A DNA stretch of 64,000 nt from an uncultured Alphaproteobacteria bacterium. GTDB lineage: Bacteria > Pseudomonadota > Alphaproteobacteria > Rhizobiales > Aestuariivirgaceae. This document shows positions 17,138 to 27,976 of the stretch, piece by piece (position 1 is the first letter of the stretch; each line of letters opens with the position of its first letter). Both the position numbers and the translations under genes were made by a program. The stretch lies in NCBI GenBank assembly GCA_963754675.1, contig CAVWHD010000026.1, positions 199,298 through 263,297 on the forward strand. The letters run 5' to 3'. The notes under the pieces are model-generated. The model searched no databases and was not told the origin of the DNA. It worked only from the letters and a program-made list of their open reading frames with translations.

Positions 17138-20100
17138 ATGATGGCTTCAGGCTACGCCCGGCTGGCAAAATCCCGTTTCGGCGAAATCCACCCGGTCTGG
17201 ACCTTGCTGTTGGGACTTATGGCGCTGGCCCTGATGCCGGTGGCGGCCCACGCCGCCAAGAACTTCCCCGCTTCGTCATTCACCTATTACATCTCCGACT
17301 ATGAATTGGAACTCAAGAAGATCGCCAAGGCGGTCGACAAGCCGCTGCCGGCGCTCCAGGCCGAGCTTGACGCGGCCGAGAAGGCGGGTGACGCACGGCT
17401 CGCCGCAGTCGCCAGTGAAAAGATTCTGAGTCTCTCGCCGCGCGATGCGGGTCTCTGGCTGAAACTTGCAAACCAGCTCGCCGCCGCCAAGCCGATCAAC
17501 GACCAGGATGGCTACCAGCTTCCCACCAAGCTGATCGGTGCTGGCCTCAAGGCCTATTTGCTTGCCGGCAAGGCGCCGGAAGAAGCCATGGGATTGGCGC
17601 TCGCCGCCCAGGGCTTCGCCAAGCGCGAGGATTGGCGCCCGGCGCTGCAAGCCTACAAGGAGAGCCTGCGGCTGGTTGAAAATCCGGCCAACCGTCAGAC
17701 CTATGAGGGGATGCGCCTGGAGCACGGTTTCCGCATCACCGACTACCGGATCGAGAACGATGCCACCCCACCGCGCGCCTGTTTCGAAGTCTCCGAGCCG
17801 CTGGCCCGCACGGTTTCCGATTTCGCGCCCTATTTCCGTCAGGACCCCGGCCCCGTATCCGCCGTTTCGGTGGAAGGCAACAGGCTTTGCGTCGAGGGCC
17901 TGAAGCATGGCGAGCGCTACAAGATCACCGCCCGCAAGGGCCTGCCCTCGGCCGTCGATGAAGGCCTCGTCAAGGACTATGAATATGATTTCTATGTCCG
18001 CGACCGCGCTCCCGCCCTGCGGTTTTCCGGCAAGGGCTTCGTGCTGCCGCGCACCGGCCAGAATGGCATCCCGGTCATTTCGGTCAACACCGCCAGCGCC
18101 AGCCTGGCGCTTTACCGCATAAGCGACCGCAACCTCATCGACAACGTGCTGGGCTCCAACTTCCTCACCCAGATCAGCGGCTACACCGCCGAGGAGATTT
18201 CCAACAGCGAAGGCTCCAAGGTGTGGCAAGGAACCCTTGAAACGCCGTCCCCGCTCAACGAGGAAGTAACCACCGCGTTCCCGGTCGACGAAGCCCTGGG
18301 CTCGCTCGAGCCGGGCCTCTATGTGATGACCGCCACGCCCGCGGCCAATCCGCCAACCAACGGCTGGGACTATGTCGCGACCCAGTGGTTCGTGGTCTCC
18401 GACCTGGGCCTCTCCACCATGGACGGCAAGGACGGACTCCACGTCTTCGTCCGCTCGATCGCCTCGGCGGCATCGCTGAAAGATGTCGAAGTCCGCCTCA
18501 TCGCCCGCAACAATGAAATCCTTGCAACGGCCAAATCCGCCGAGGATGGCGCGGTGCTTTTCGCTCCCGGCCTCGCCAATGGCGAAGGCGGCCATCAGCC
18601 GGCCCTCGTAGTGGCGATGAACGCCGCTGGCGATTACGGCTTCATCAATCTCACCCAGCCCGCCTTTGATCTCACCGACCGCGGCGTTGCCGGGCGCGAA
18701 CCCTCGGGCGCCATCGATGCCTTCGTCTACGCCGAACGCGGCGTCTACCGCCGTGGCGAGACGGTGCATGCCGCCGTGCTGCTGCGCGACGAGAAGGCCA
18801 ATGCCATGCCGGGCCTGCCCGTGGCACTGGTGGTCGAGCGTCCCGACGGCGTTGAATACAGCCGCACCATGCTGAACGATCAGGGCGCCGGTGGCCGCAG
18901 CCTCGATATCCCGATCAATGCGGCAGCCGCCGGCGGCACCTGGCGGATCAAGGCCTATACCGATATCAAGTCCAACCCCGTCGGCGAAACCTCGTTTCTG
19001 GTCGAGGATTATATCCCCTACCGCATCGAGTTCGATCTCAAGGCCAAGAGCGAGAAGGCAACCGCCGGCGAAGGTGCGCAGTTCACCGTCGATGGCCGCT
19101 ATCTCTTTGGCGCACCAGGTGCGGGCCTCGATCTCGAAGCCAATATTTCGGTAAGCGCCGATGCCGAACCCTTCCCGCAATGGAAAGGCTATAGTTTCGG
19201 CCTGACCGACGAGCGCGTCGATAGCGTGCAGAATACCGCCGAAGGCCTGCCCCAGACCGACATCAACGGCCATGCAGACCTCACTTTGCGCCTGCCAGCA
19301 CTTCCCACCACCACCCAGCCGCTCAAAGCCGACATTTCGGTGAGAATGCGCGAGCCCGGCGGCCGCGCGGTGGAAAACACCGCAACCCTTCCGATCGTCG
19401 CCCAGCAGCCGCTCCTTGGAATCAAACCCAACTTCGACGCGGGCGGAGCGCCCGAAGGCGAACCTTCAACCTTCGACGTCATTGCCATCGACAAGGACGG
19501 CAAGCCCGTGCCCGTCAAGAGCGCCGCCTGGACCATCAAGCGCCTGACCACCGACTACCAGTGGTTCAAGGTCGACAACGAATGGCGCTACGAGGCCATC
19601 ACCCGCGCCGCCAAGATTGCCGGCGACATCGCCAGCATTGGAGCCGAAAAGCCACTCCGCCTGTCACGAACCCTGTCGTGGGGCTTCTACCGTGTTGAGA
19701 TAGCCGCCGCCGGTTTCTCACCCGCCAGCATCGATTTCTCCGCTGGATATTACTACAACGACACCTCCAAGTCCGACACGCCCGACACGCTGGCGGTGGC
19801 TCTCGATCGCACCGAAGTGAAATCGGGCGAAGTTCTCAAAGTCAAGATCAACTCGCGTTTCGCGGGCAAGGCCAGTCTGCAAGTGGTTGGCGACCGGCTT
19901 CTGGCAACCCAGACTGTCGACGTGCCGAAAGGCGGAACCACCGTTCCCGTGACCGTGGGCGAAGGCTGGGGCACCGGCGCCTATGTCGTGGCTACTCTCT
20001 TCCGTCCGATGGATGTCGAAGCCAAGCGCATGCCGGCCCGCGCCGTGGGTGTTGCCTGGTTCGCCATCGACCGCGCCGCCCGCCAGCTCGATGTGAAGCT

Positions 20101-22399
20101 CGCTCCCGTCGACCTGATGCGGCCCCGGCAGAACCTCAAGGTGCCGGTGAAGATCGGCGGCCTTGCCCCCGGCGAGGAGGCCTATGTCACCATCGCCGCC
20201 GTCGATGTGGGCATTCTCAACCTCACCCGCTATCAGCCCCCGGCTCCGGAAAACTATTACTACGATCAGAAGCGCCTGACCGCCGAACTGCGCGATCTCT
20301 ATGGCTCGCTCATCGACGGCATGCAGGGTGCGAGGGGCCGCATCCGCTCGGGCGGCGATGCTGGCTCATCGTTCACAGCGCCACCGCCAACCCAGCCGCC
20401 GCTCAGCCTGTTCTCCGGCCTGGTGCGGGTGAGCGCCGACGGCACAGCCGAAGTGAGCTTCGACATTCCGGGCTTCAACGGCACCGTGCGCGTGATGGCG
20501 GTGGCCTGGTCGGCAACCAAGGTGGGCCACGCCGTCTCCGATGTGATCGTCCGCGATGCCGTGGTGGTGGCCGGAACCCTGCCGCGCTTCTTAGCCGTGG
20601 GCGACGCCTCGCGCTTCCGCCTCGACCTTATCAACACCGAGGCACCCGCCGGCGACTACACCCTCGGTATCACCATCGATGGGCCGCTCGCATCGAGCAG
20701 CACGGCACTCACCCAGAAAGTGAATCTGGCGGCGGCCGGCGCCCGCGTGCCGGTGATCATCCCGATCACCGCCAAGGCCGTGGGCGAGGCCAATCTGACC
20801 GCCAGGCTGATCGGCCCCGGCAATGTGGTGATCGAGCAGACCTACGCCCTCCACATCGTGCCAGCCAACCCGCTGGTCACCCGGCGCACCACCATGGAGC
20901 TGGCCGCCCGCGGTGGCTCGCTCACCCTCAGCAAGGACCTGGTGGCGGAAATGCTGCCCGGCACCACCGCCATATCGATGTCGGTGGGACCGCTGCCCGA
21001 ACTCGATGCGGCAGGCATCATCCGCGATCTCGACCGCTATCCCTATGGCTGCTCGGAACAGACCGTTAGCCGCGCCTTGCCGCTGCTCTATTTGAGCGAT
21101 CTGGGCGCCGGCGAAGGCGTGGCCGACGCCGATCTCAAGGGGAGGCTGCAGGAGGCGGTTGCCCGCCTGGTGAACCGCCAGAGCTCCAATGGCTCCTTCG
21201 GCCTGTGGCAGGCGGGCGACGGCGACTCAGGGCTCTGGCTCTCGTCCTTCGTCACCGACTTCCTGCTCCGCGCCCGCGAAAAGGGTTTCGAAGTGCCCGA
21301 GGACAACCTCGTCTTCGCCATCGATTACCTGCGCAACTCCATCGGCAACTCGCCCGACATCGAGGATAACAGCGGCCAGGATACCGCCTATGCCCTCTAT
21401 GTGCTGGCGAGGGCCGGCAAGGCGCCGGTGGGCGATCTCAAGTACTTGACCGACACCAAGATCGCGGCCTTCGGCTCGCCGTTGGCCCGCGCCCAACTGG
21501 GCGCGGCTCTTGCCATCCTCGGCGACACCGAGCGATCCTCGGTAGCCTTTGCCAGCGCCGTCGAAGCGCTGTTCGAGGCGCAAGAGACTGATGACCGCTC
21601 CTATCGCAGTGACTATGGCAGCGTTCTCCGCGATGCCTCGGCGATTCTGGCGCTGGCAACCGAAGCCAAGGCCAGCCCCAAGGTGATCAAGGCGGCGATC
21701 GGCGCAATTGCCGGCGAGCGCGGCAAGTCGAGCTATGCCTCGACCCAGGAAATGTCATGGATGGTGCTCGCCGCCCGCGCCATTGCCGCCGACGCCAAGT
21801 CGATCAAGCTCAATGTCAACGGCGCCGAGGAGAAGGGAGCCTACTACAAGCTCTTTGCCGATGGCGAACTAGGCGGCGACTACAAGGTCTCCAACAAGGG
21901 CGAGCGTCCCTTGCGTGCGGTGGTTGCCGTTTCGGGTTCGCCGTTGGTGGCGGAACCCGCCTCCGCCAATGGCCTTACCATCAGCCGCAGTTATTTCACC
22001 CTTGATGGCACCGCGGCCGATCCGGCATCGGTGAAGCAGAACACCAGGCTCGTCGTGGTGCTGCAGGTCAGCGCAGCCGATAACAGCCAGCAGAGCGGGA
22101 CGTTCATTCTCTCCGACCCGCTGCCCGCCGGGCTCGAGATCGAAAACCCCAACCTGGTCGATTCGGCCAGCACCTCGAGCCTGTCATGGCTGCAGGAAAC
22201 CACCTGGACCACTCACACCGAATTCCGCGACGACCGCTTTGTTGCCTCGTTCAACAACTCGCTCGCCAAGCTGGCCTACATGGTGCGCGCCGTGGCGCCT
22301 GGAACCTACGCCCACCCCGGCGCCAGCGTCGAGGACATGTACCGCCCCGAACTCAATGCGCGAACCGCAGCATCGAAGGTGGTGGTGACGGAACCGTGA
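17138..22399 (+). CDS. Bacterial alpha-2-macroglobulin (YfhM-like)
   Basis: ~1750 aa; MG domains (YAERGVYRRGETVH, DLGLS), thioester motif YPYGCSEQ, C-terminal VEDMYRP; directly upstream of pbpC. Confidence 0.95.
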   Translation: MMASGYARLAKSRFGEIHPVWTLLLGLMALALMPVAAHAAKNFPASSFTYYISDYELELKKIAKAVDKPLPALQAELDAAEKAGDARLAAVASEKILSLSPRDAGLWLKLANQLAAAKPINDQDGYQLPTKLIGAGLKAYLLAGKAPEEAMGLALAAQGFAKREDWRPALQAYKESLRLVENPANRQTYEGMRLEHGFRITDYRIENDATPPRACFEVSEPLARTVSDFAPYFRQDPGPVSAVSVEGNRLCVEGLKHGERYKITARKGLPSAVDEGLVKDYEYDFYVRDRAPALRFSGKGFVLPRTGQNGIPVISVNTASASLALYRISDRNLIDNVLGSNFLTQISGYTAEEISNSEGSKVWQGTLETPSPLNEEVTTAFPVDEALGSLEPGLYVMTATPAANPPTNGWDYVATQWFVVSDLGLSTMDGKDGLHVFVRSIASAASLKDVEVRLIARNNEILATAKSAEDGAVLFAPGLANGEGGHQPALVVAMNAAGDYGFINLTQPAFDLTDRGVAGREPSGAIDAFVYAERGVYRRGETVHAAVLLRDEKANAMPGLPVALVVERPDGVEYSRTMLNDQGAGGRSLDIPINAAAAGGTWRIKAYTDIKSNPVGETSFLVEDYIPYRIEFDLKAKSEKATAGEGAQFTVDGRYLFGAPGAGLDLEANISVSADAEPFPQWKGYSFGLTDERVDSVQNTAEGLPQTDINGHADLTLRLPALPTTTQPLKADISVRMREPGGRAVENTATLPIVAQQPLLGIKPNFDAGGAPEGEPSTFDVIAIDKDGKPVPVKSAAWTIKRLTTDYQWFKVDNEWRYEAITRAAKIAGDIASIGAEKPLRLSRTLSWGFYRVEIAAAGFSPASIDFSAGYYYNDTSKSDTPDTLAVALDRTEVKSGEVLKVKINSRFAGKASLQVVGDRLLATQTVDVPKGGTTVPVTVGEGWGTGAYVVATLFRPMDVEAKRMPARAVGVAWFAIDRAARQLDVKLAPVDLMRPRQNLKVPVKIGGLAPGEEAYVTIAAVDVGILNLTRYQPPAPENYYYDQKRLTAELRDLYGSLIDGMQGARGRIRSGGDAGSSFTAPPPTQPPLSLFSGLVRVSADGTAEVSFDIPGFNGTVRVMAVAWSATKVGHAVSDVIVRDAVVVAGTLPRFLAVGDASRFRLDLINTEAPAGDYTLGITIDGPLASSSTALTQKVNLAAAGARVPVIIPITAKAVGEANLTARLIGPGNVVIEQTYALHIVPANPLVTRRTTMELAARGGSLTLSKDLVAEMLPGTTAISMSVGPLPELDAAGIIRDLDRYPYGCSEQTVSRALPLLYLSDLGAGEGVADADLKGRLQEAVARLVNRQSSNGSFGLWQAGDGDSGLWLSSFVTDFLLRAREKGFEVPEDNLVFAIDYLRNSIGNSPDIEDNSGQDTAYALYVLARAGKAPVGDLKYLTDTKIAAFGSPLARAQLGAALAILGDTERSSVAFASAVEALFEAQETDDRSYRSDYGSVLRDASAILALATEAKASPKVIKAAIGAIAGERGKSSYASTQEMSWMVLAARAIAADAKSIKLNVNGAEEKGAYYKLFADGELGGDYKVSNKGERPLRAVVAVSGSPLVAEPASANGLTISRSYFTLDGTAADPASVKQNTRLVVVLQVSAADNSQQSGTFILSDPLPAGLEIENPNLVDSASTSSLSWLQETTWTTHTEFRDDRFVASFNNSLAKLAYMVRAVAPGTYAHPGASVEDMYRPELNARTAASKVVVTEP

Positions 22400-22400
22400 G

Positions 22401-24538
22401 ATGCGACATGTCAATTCCCTGAATCATCCCCTTCCCCCGCGAGGGGGAAGGACAAATTACGCGCATATCTTCTATGCAGGCTTCCTCGCCCTCTTGCTCG
22501 CAATCAACGCGGTTGGCTTCGAACTCACCGAACTTCTGCGCCGGCTTGGGCCGCCGCCGACCGGCCGGGAGCTTACCTACTCCGCCCTCGTCGTTGACCG
22601 CGACGGAAAACTTCTGCGGCCGTTCACCACCAGGGATGGCTTCTGGCGCCTGCCGGTGACCGCCAAGGACCTCGATCCGCGCTACCTCGCCATGTTGCTC
22701 GCTTACGAGGACAAGCGTTTCTACAACCACGGTGGTGTCGATCCCCAAGCGCTGCTTCGCGCCGGCAGCCAGGCCCTGTGGAACGGCCACATCGTATCCG
22801 GCGGTTCAACCCTCACCATGCAGGTGGCGCGCCTTCTCGAGCCGCGGCCCGAACGCCGCCTCGCGGACAAGCTCGCCGAAATGATCCGCGCCATCCAGAT
22901 CGAACAGCGGATGAGCAAGGACGAGATTTTGAATCTCTATCTCTCGCTTGCCCCCTATGGCGGCAACATCGAGGGCATCCGCGCCGCATCGCTCGCCTAT
23001 TTCGGCAAGGAGCCGAAACACCTGTCAACCGCCGAGGCGGCCCTTCTGGTGGCCCTGCCCCAGGCGCCGGAACTGCGCCGCCCCGACCGCTGGCCTGCGA
23101 TCGCCAGGAAGGCCCGCGACCGCGTGGTCGCACGCCTTGCCGCCAGCGGCATCATCAACACCGATCAGGCCGAGGCCGCGCGCATCGAAGAGGCCCCGGC
23201 GGCGCGCAAGGCCTTCCCGCTGTTTGCCGCCCACCTCGCCGAGCGCCTCGCAAAGAAGGCGAACGACGGCAGCGTGATCGCCACGACGCTATCGCGGCCC
23301 TTGCAGGCCTCCCTCGAAACCCTGGCCCGCGCCCATGCCATTGCCATCGGCTCCGATGTCTCGGCCGCCATCGTCGCCGTCGATAATGCCAGCGGCGAAG
23401 TGCTGGCCCATGTGGGCGGCGTTGGGTTTCTTCGATGCCGCCCGCGCCGGTCAGGTCGATTTGGCCCAAGCCATCCGTTCTCCCGGTTCGACGTTGAAAC
23501 CCTTCATCTATGGCCTGGCCTTCGAGGATGGCCTCGTTCATCCCGAAACCCTGATCGATGACCGCGCCGTGCGCTATGGCGCCTATGCGCCGGAAAATTT
23601 CGACGACAGTTTCCACGGCACCGTCACCGTGCGCGAGGCATTGCAGCAATCGCTCAACGTGCCCGCCCTGCAGGTGCTCGAGGCGGTAGGCCCCGACCGC
23701 CTGTTGGCGCGCCTGCGCAATGCCGGTGTGGATCTTGTGTTGCCGCGCAATGCGGCACCGGGTCTCGCTGTCGGACTGGGCGGCGCCGGAACCCGCCTCG
23801 TCGATCTGGCAACGCTCTATGCGGCACTGGCCCGTGGCGGCGAAACCGTCAAGCTGAGTCTGGCAGCCCGATGATGGCCAGGCCCAGCCAAGACTGCGGC
23901 GGTTGCTCGAACCCCAGGCCGCCTGGATGGCCGGCAATGTGCTGGTGGGATCTCCAGCACCTGAAAATGCCTTGAGCGGAACCATCGCCTACAAGACCGG
24001 CACGTCCTACGGCTACCGCGATGCCTGGGCGGTGGGATTTGATGGCGCCACGACGATTGCCGTATGGGTGGGACGGCCCGACGGCGCAGCCGTGCCGGGC
24101 CTGATCGGCCGCATCGCCGCCGCACCCATCCTGTTCGAAGCCTTCCAGCGCGTTGGCCCGCGCCGCGCTCCCTTGGCGCTGCCCCCGCCCGGCGTGGTTT
24201 TCACCCGCACCTCGGAACTCCCCGCCGCACTGCAGCGCTTCCGCCCCCATGGCCTCCCGCAAATTGCCGCGGCCGGCCCCGGCGATGCGCCACTCGAAAT
24301 CGCCTTCCCCCCCGATGGCGCCCGCATCGACTTGGGCGGCGGCGGCGAAATGGCGGCCCTTGCCCTCAAGGCCCTGGGCGGTGTGCCGCCCTTTACCTGG
24401 CTGGTTGACGGCGTGCCCGTGGTGAACCAGGACGCCCGCCGCGAATCCCTGTGGGAAAACCCCGGCCCAGGCTTTGCCAGGCTGTCGGTAATCGACGCCA
24501 ACGGTGCCACCGCCACTACAATGGTGCGGGTGGAGTAG
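22401..24538 (+). CDS. pbpC: Penicillin-binding protein 1C (frameshifts at ~23430 and ~23870)
   Basis: Transglycosylase EDKRF, SGGSTLTMQVARLL; transpeptidase SPGSTLKPF, SLN, KTGTSYGYRDAW; BiPBP_C tail; adjacent to A2M. Confidence 0.92.
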
Positions 24539-24613
24539 AGCTTATCCTTCTTAACCGCAAAGCCGTCGGGAAGGATAAGAAAGAATGCGTGTTTCGATTT
24601 GGAGAAAGCGAGC

Positions 24614-25183
24614 TTAATCGCTGGAAGGCTCCGCCAGCGCTTCCGCGAGCAGCCGCGCGAGGCGGGAATCGAGTTCCAGCTTGCCTGCTTCCACAAGTCC
24701 TCGTGCCGACATTTTTTTGGCTGTCTTGGCAAGGATATCGCGGACCTTGCCGTCGTCGTGGGCGGCGATGAACTCGGCCGCCTCATACTTCAAGAAGACC
24801 AGGCAGATGACATCTTCGAGGGCCTGCGTGAGGGGATCGTGCTTGAGCCTTTCCTTGCGGAGCAGCGCCGTGGCCTTTGCGATATCGTCTTCATCGTAAC
24901 CGTTGCTCCCCATGATCTCGGCCGCCCGCTTCGCGTGGTGCTGCTGCAGGTCTTTGCGCCATTTGAGATAGGAGGTGCGGCCTTCCCCATAGCTAGCGCG
25001 CGGGATGACCCAGCGCTCGATGTGCTGGGCCCTGGCCGCGATCTTCAGCACTTCGGGCGCATCCGGCATGAACTGGCCGAGAACCTCCGACATCCGTTGC
25101 CCATACAGCACCGCCCTCGACGCAGGATCGCGGGCGTTGGCCGCATCGAATTCCGCGAGCGTCTTTTCCAGCCGGTCAGTCAT
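24614..25183 (-). CDS. DUF4202 family protein
   Basis: DAANARDP...YGQRMSEVL...AARAQHIERWVIPRASY..GR.SYLKWR...LEDVICLVFL...KMS. Confidence 0.8.
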   Translation of the reverse strand: MTDRLEKTLAEFDAANARDPASRAVLYGQRMSEVLGQFMPDAPEVLKIAARAQHIERWVIPRASYGEGRTSYLKWRKDLQQHHAKRAAEIMGSNGYDEDDIAKATALLRKERLKHDPLTQALEDVICLVFLKYEAAEFIAAHDDGKVRDILAKTAKKMSARGLVEAGKLELDSRLARLLAEALAEPSSD

Positions 25184-25930
25184 TTGACGACAGCTTCGGC
25201 CGGTACTCGATCTCGCGCAAGAGCTTCCGCCGCATCGCCTCGGCAAAATCCGTATAGTCCAAAGCCGAGACCACGAAGCTCCCCGGCCCCAGCCGCACAT
25301 TGTCGCGGTAATAGGCAAGAAGGCCCGGGTCCTCGTTGACAATGGCAAGACCATTGATCGTCACGCCGCTGGCATTGGCCATGGCGCGCGCCTGCGGCAG
25401 CAGCACGACAAACTCCCGCGCCGGCGTTTCCTTGCCATCGCCGGAAACATCGATGACTTGCCTGAGACTGCTAGTAGCTGCTGCCGGCGAAGGCCCGGAT
25501 CGCCGCGGCAATCCCCTCGCCCAAGGCCGGTTCCGCCATTCTGGCTGCGCGGCAGCGCCTCCACCAGATCGGCAAAGCGCTCGGCATCGCCATCTCCGGC
25601 AATGACATGCCAGCCGGTTGAATCCTTCGGCACCTGATGATCTGCCCAGGTCAACAAATTGACGGCGATCCGGCCTTCGGAGCCCTGGCGAATGGCCCGG
25701 CGCACCTCCGGATCGCGGAACCCTTGCGCGATACCGCCGAGCTGCAAGGCATATTCGCGATCATCGACGCTGCCCGAGGCATCGACCGCCAGAACCAGCT
25801 CCAGATCCACCGTCTGGGCCCGGGCTGGCCCTCCGGCGGACAGGAGCACGGCCAGTGCCGCGGCCAGCGCAATGTGGTGATAAAATCTCACGAATGGTGT
25901 GACATCAATTCTGTATTGAAACCGGCCCAT
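25176..25930 (-). CDS. DUF1194 (vWA-like) protein with signal peptide; two +1 frameshifts at ~25475-25525
   Basis: VDLELVLAVDASGSVDDREYALQLGG...RQVIDVSGDG...GVTINGLAI...GPGSFV...AMRRKLLREI. Confidence 0.8.
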
Positions 25931-26016
25931 TAGATGATAGTCTTGCCATCAGCCAGAGCAAGGACCGAGTTCCCTTGCCCCATGCGGCTAATGAAAATCC
26001 AGGGAGAGAAACACCA

Positions 26017-27694
26017 ATGTCCGACAAAGAACACAAACTGATCGGTTCGCTGAAGCAACAGCTCGCCGACAAGGTCATGGATCGCCGCGAGTTCGTCCGT
26101 TACGCAACCCTTCTCGGCATGGCCGCCCCCACCGCCTATATGTGGGCGGGCAAGATTACCGGCGAGGATTTCGTGTCCGCCAGCCCGCGCCGCCGAAATG
26201 CCGATGGGCGGCGCAATCAAGATCGCCCAGCGCGTGCCGAAGATCGACAACCCGCACACCTTCTCGTGGGTCTATGATTCCAACATCGTGCGCCAGGTCT
26301 GCGGCTATCTCACCCGCACCGGTTCCGACAACGTCACCCGCCCGCATCTGGTTTCGAAGTGGGAAGCCTCCGAGGATCTCAAGACCTGGACCCTCACCAT
26401 GGCGGACGATAACTGGCAGAAGGGCCGCGGCGGCGCTTTCACCGCCGAGCACGCCGCCTGGAACATCAGGCATTGCCTCGATCCGAAGGTCGGTTCCTCG
26501 GTCATCGGCCTGATGAAGGGCTATATGCTGAAGGATGTCGACACCGGCACCAAGGACGACAAGGGCGTTGCGGTGATGACCACCGCCTTGTGGGACGGCA
26601 ACGCCATCGAGGTGAAGGACGCCAAGACCCTGGTGCTCAATCTCGCCCAGCCCCAGGTCGCGGTGCCCGAGCATCTCTTCCACTATCCCTTCCTGATGCT
26701 CGATCCGGGCGAGAAGGGCGTCTTCGGCGTCGGCTCGAACGGCACCGGCTCCTTCGAACTCACCGAGCTTGAAGTCGGCCGCAAGGCGGTTCTCAAGCGC
26801 ATCAAGGACAAGCCGGGCTATGTCGATGAAATCCACTTCATCGATCTGGGCGACAATCCCTCGGCGGTGGCCGCGGCACTCGCCTCGAAACAGGTCGACG
26901 GCGTCTACCAGGGCAACATCGAACAGTTCGAAATCTACAAGGCCATGGATCATGTGAACATCCACCAGGTGGTCACCGCCCAGACCGGCGTCGCCCGCAT
27001 GCGCCTCGACCAGAAGCCTTTCGACAATCCATTGGTGCGCAAGGCGTTGCGGCTCGCCACCGATCCCGAGAAGACACTGCAGATTGCTCATAAAGGCGTG
27101 GGCGCCGCGGCCGAGCATCACCATGTGTGCCAGGTCCATCCCGACTACAAGAAACTGGCACCCATGGGCTACAATCCAGACGCGGCCAAGAAGCTTCTCG
27201 CCGAAGCGGGCTTCCCCGACGGGCTTGAGGTCGAAATCGTGTGCAAGCCCGACCCGTCGTGGGAACAGGCGGCGGTCGAAGCCATGGCCGAACAGTGGAA
27301 GGCCGGCGGCTTCAAGCCCAAGATCAACGTGATGCCGTCCAACAAGTTCTGGGAAGTCTGGGACAAGGTGCCCTTCGGCTTCACCGAATGGACCCACCGT
27401 CCCTTGGGCTTCATGGTGCTGGCGCTGGCCTACCGCACCGGCGTGCCGTGGAACGAGAGCGCCTATTCGAACGCCAAGTTCGACGAGCTTCTCTCCAAGG
27501 CCGAAGGCACCATCGATATCGCGGTCCGCACCGAAATCCTCGGCGAACTCGAGGCGATCATGCAGGAAGACGGGCCGATCGCCCAGCCGCTGTGGCGCTC
27601 GATTTATACGGCCTACGACAAGCGCGTCTCCGGCTTCGAAATCCATCCGACGCTTTATATCTTCGGAGAAAACCTGGCCATCGCCGCGGCGTAA
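26017..27694 (+). CDS. Family-5 ABC transporter substrate-binding protein, Tat-type leader (frameshift at ~26180)
   Basis: MSDKEHK...DRREFVRYATLLG; SBP_bac_5 features (GTGSFEL, VRKALRLATD, QEDGPIAQPL). Confidence 0.9.
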
Positions 27695-27707
27695 GTTAGG
27701 CAAATCA

Positions 27708-27839
27708 TCCCTCCTCGCGAAGCGGGGAGGGTGGACGCGGAACGCGGACGGGTGGGGTCTATCCATGTGGGGGGACCCCCTCCGTCACGCGCCAAAGGTG
27801 GCGCGCGCCACCTCCCCCGCACTGCGTGCGAGGGAGGAG
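27708..27839. repeat. Solo REPIN-like unit of the DUF559-associated repeat family
   Basis: TCCCTCCTCGCGAAGCGGGGAGGGTGGACGCG...GGTGGGG and inverted ACCCCCTCCGTCACGCG...CCACCTCCCCCGCACTGCGTGCGAGGGAGGA. Confidence 0.7.
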
Positions 27840-27847
27840 GAAGTTCG

Positions 27848-27882
27848 AAGCCCCGGAAGGCGAGAGTCTTCCGGGGTTTTTT
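27848..27882 (+). terminator. Rho-independent terminator downstream of the SBP gene
   Basis: CCCCGGAAG-loop-CTTCCGGGG followed by TTTTTT. Confidence 0.75.
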
Positions 27883-27976
27883 GTTTGGGTCGAGAAAGGA
27901 ATCAACTCCTGATGCAACCGGGGGCATACTTGACCCAGAGGCCGAACCGGAATCCACTCCATTTTGGAGGTGAGAC

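Noticed and set aside
17276-19273. 665-aa minus-strand ORF
   Set aside because: Antisense shadow of the alpha-2-macroglobulin gene, typical of high-GC DNA.
17138-24538. A2M-pbpC pair as a novel system
   Set aside because: Well-known conserved gene pair with an intact CxEQ thioester motif.
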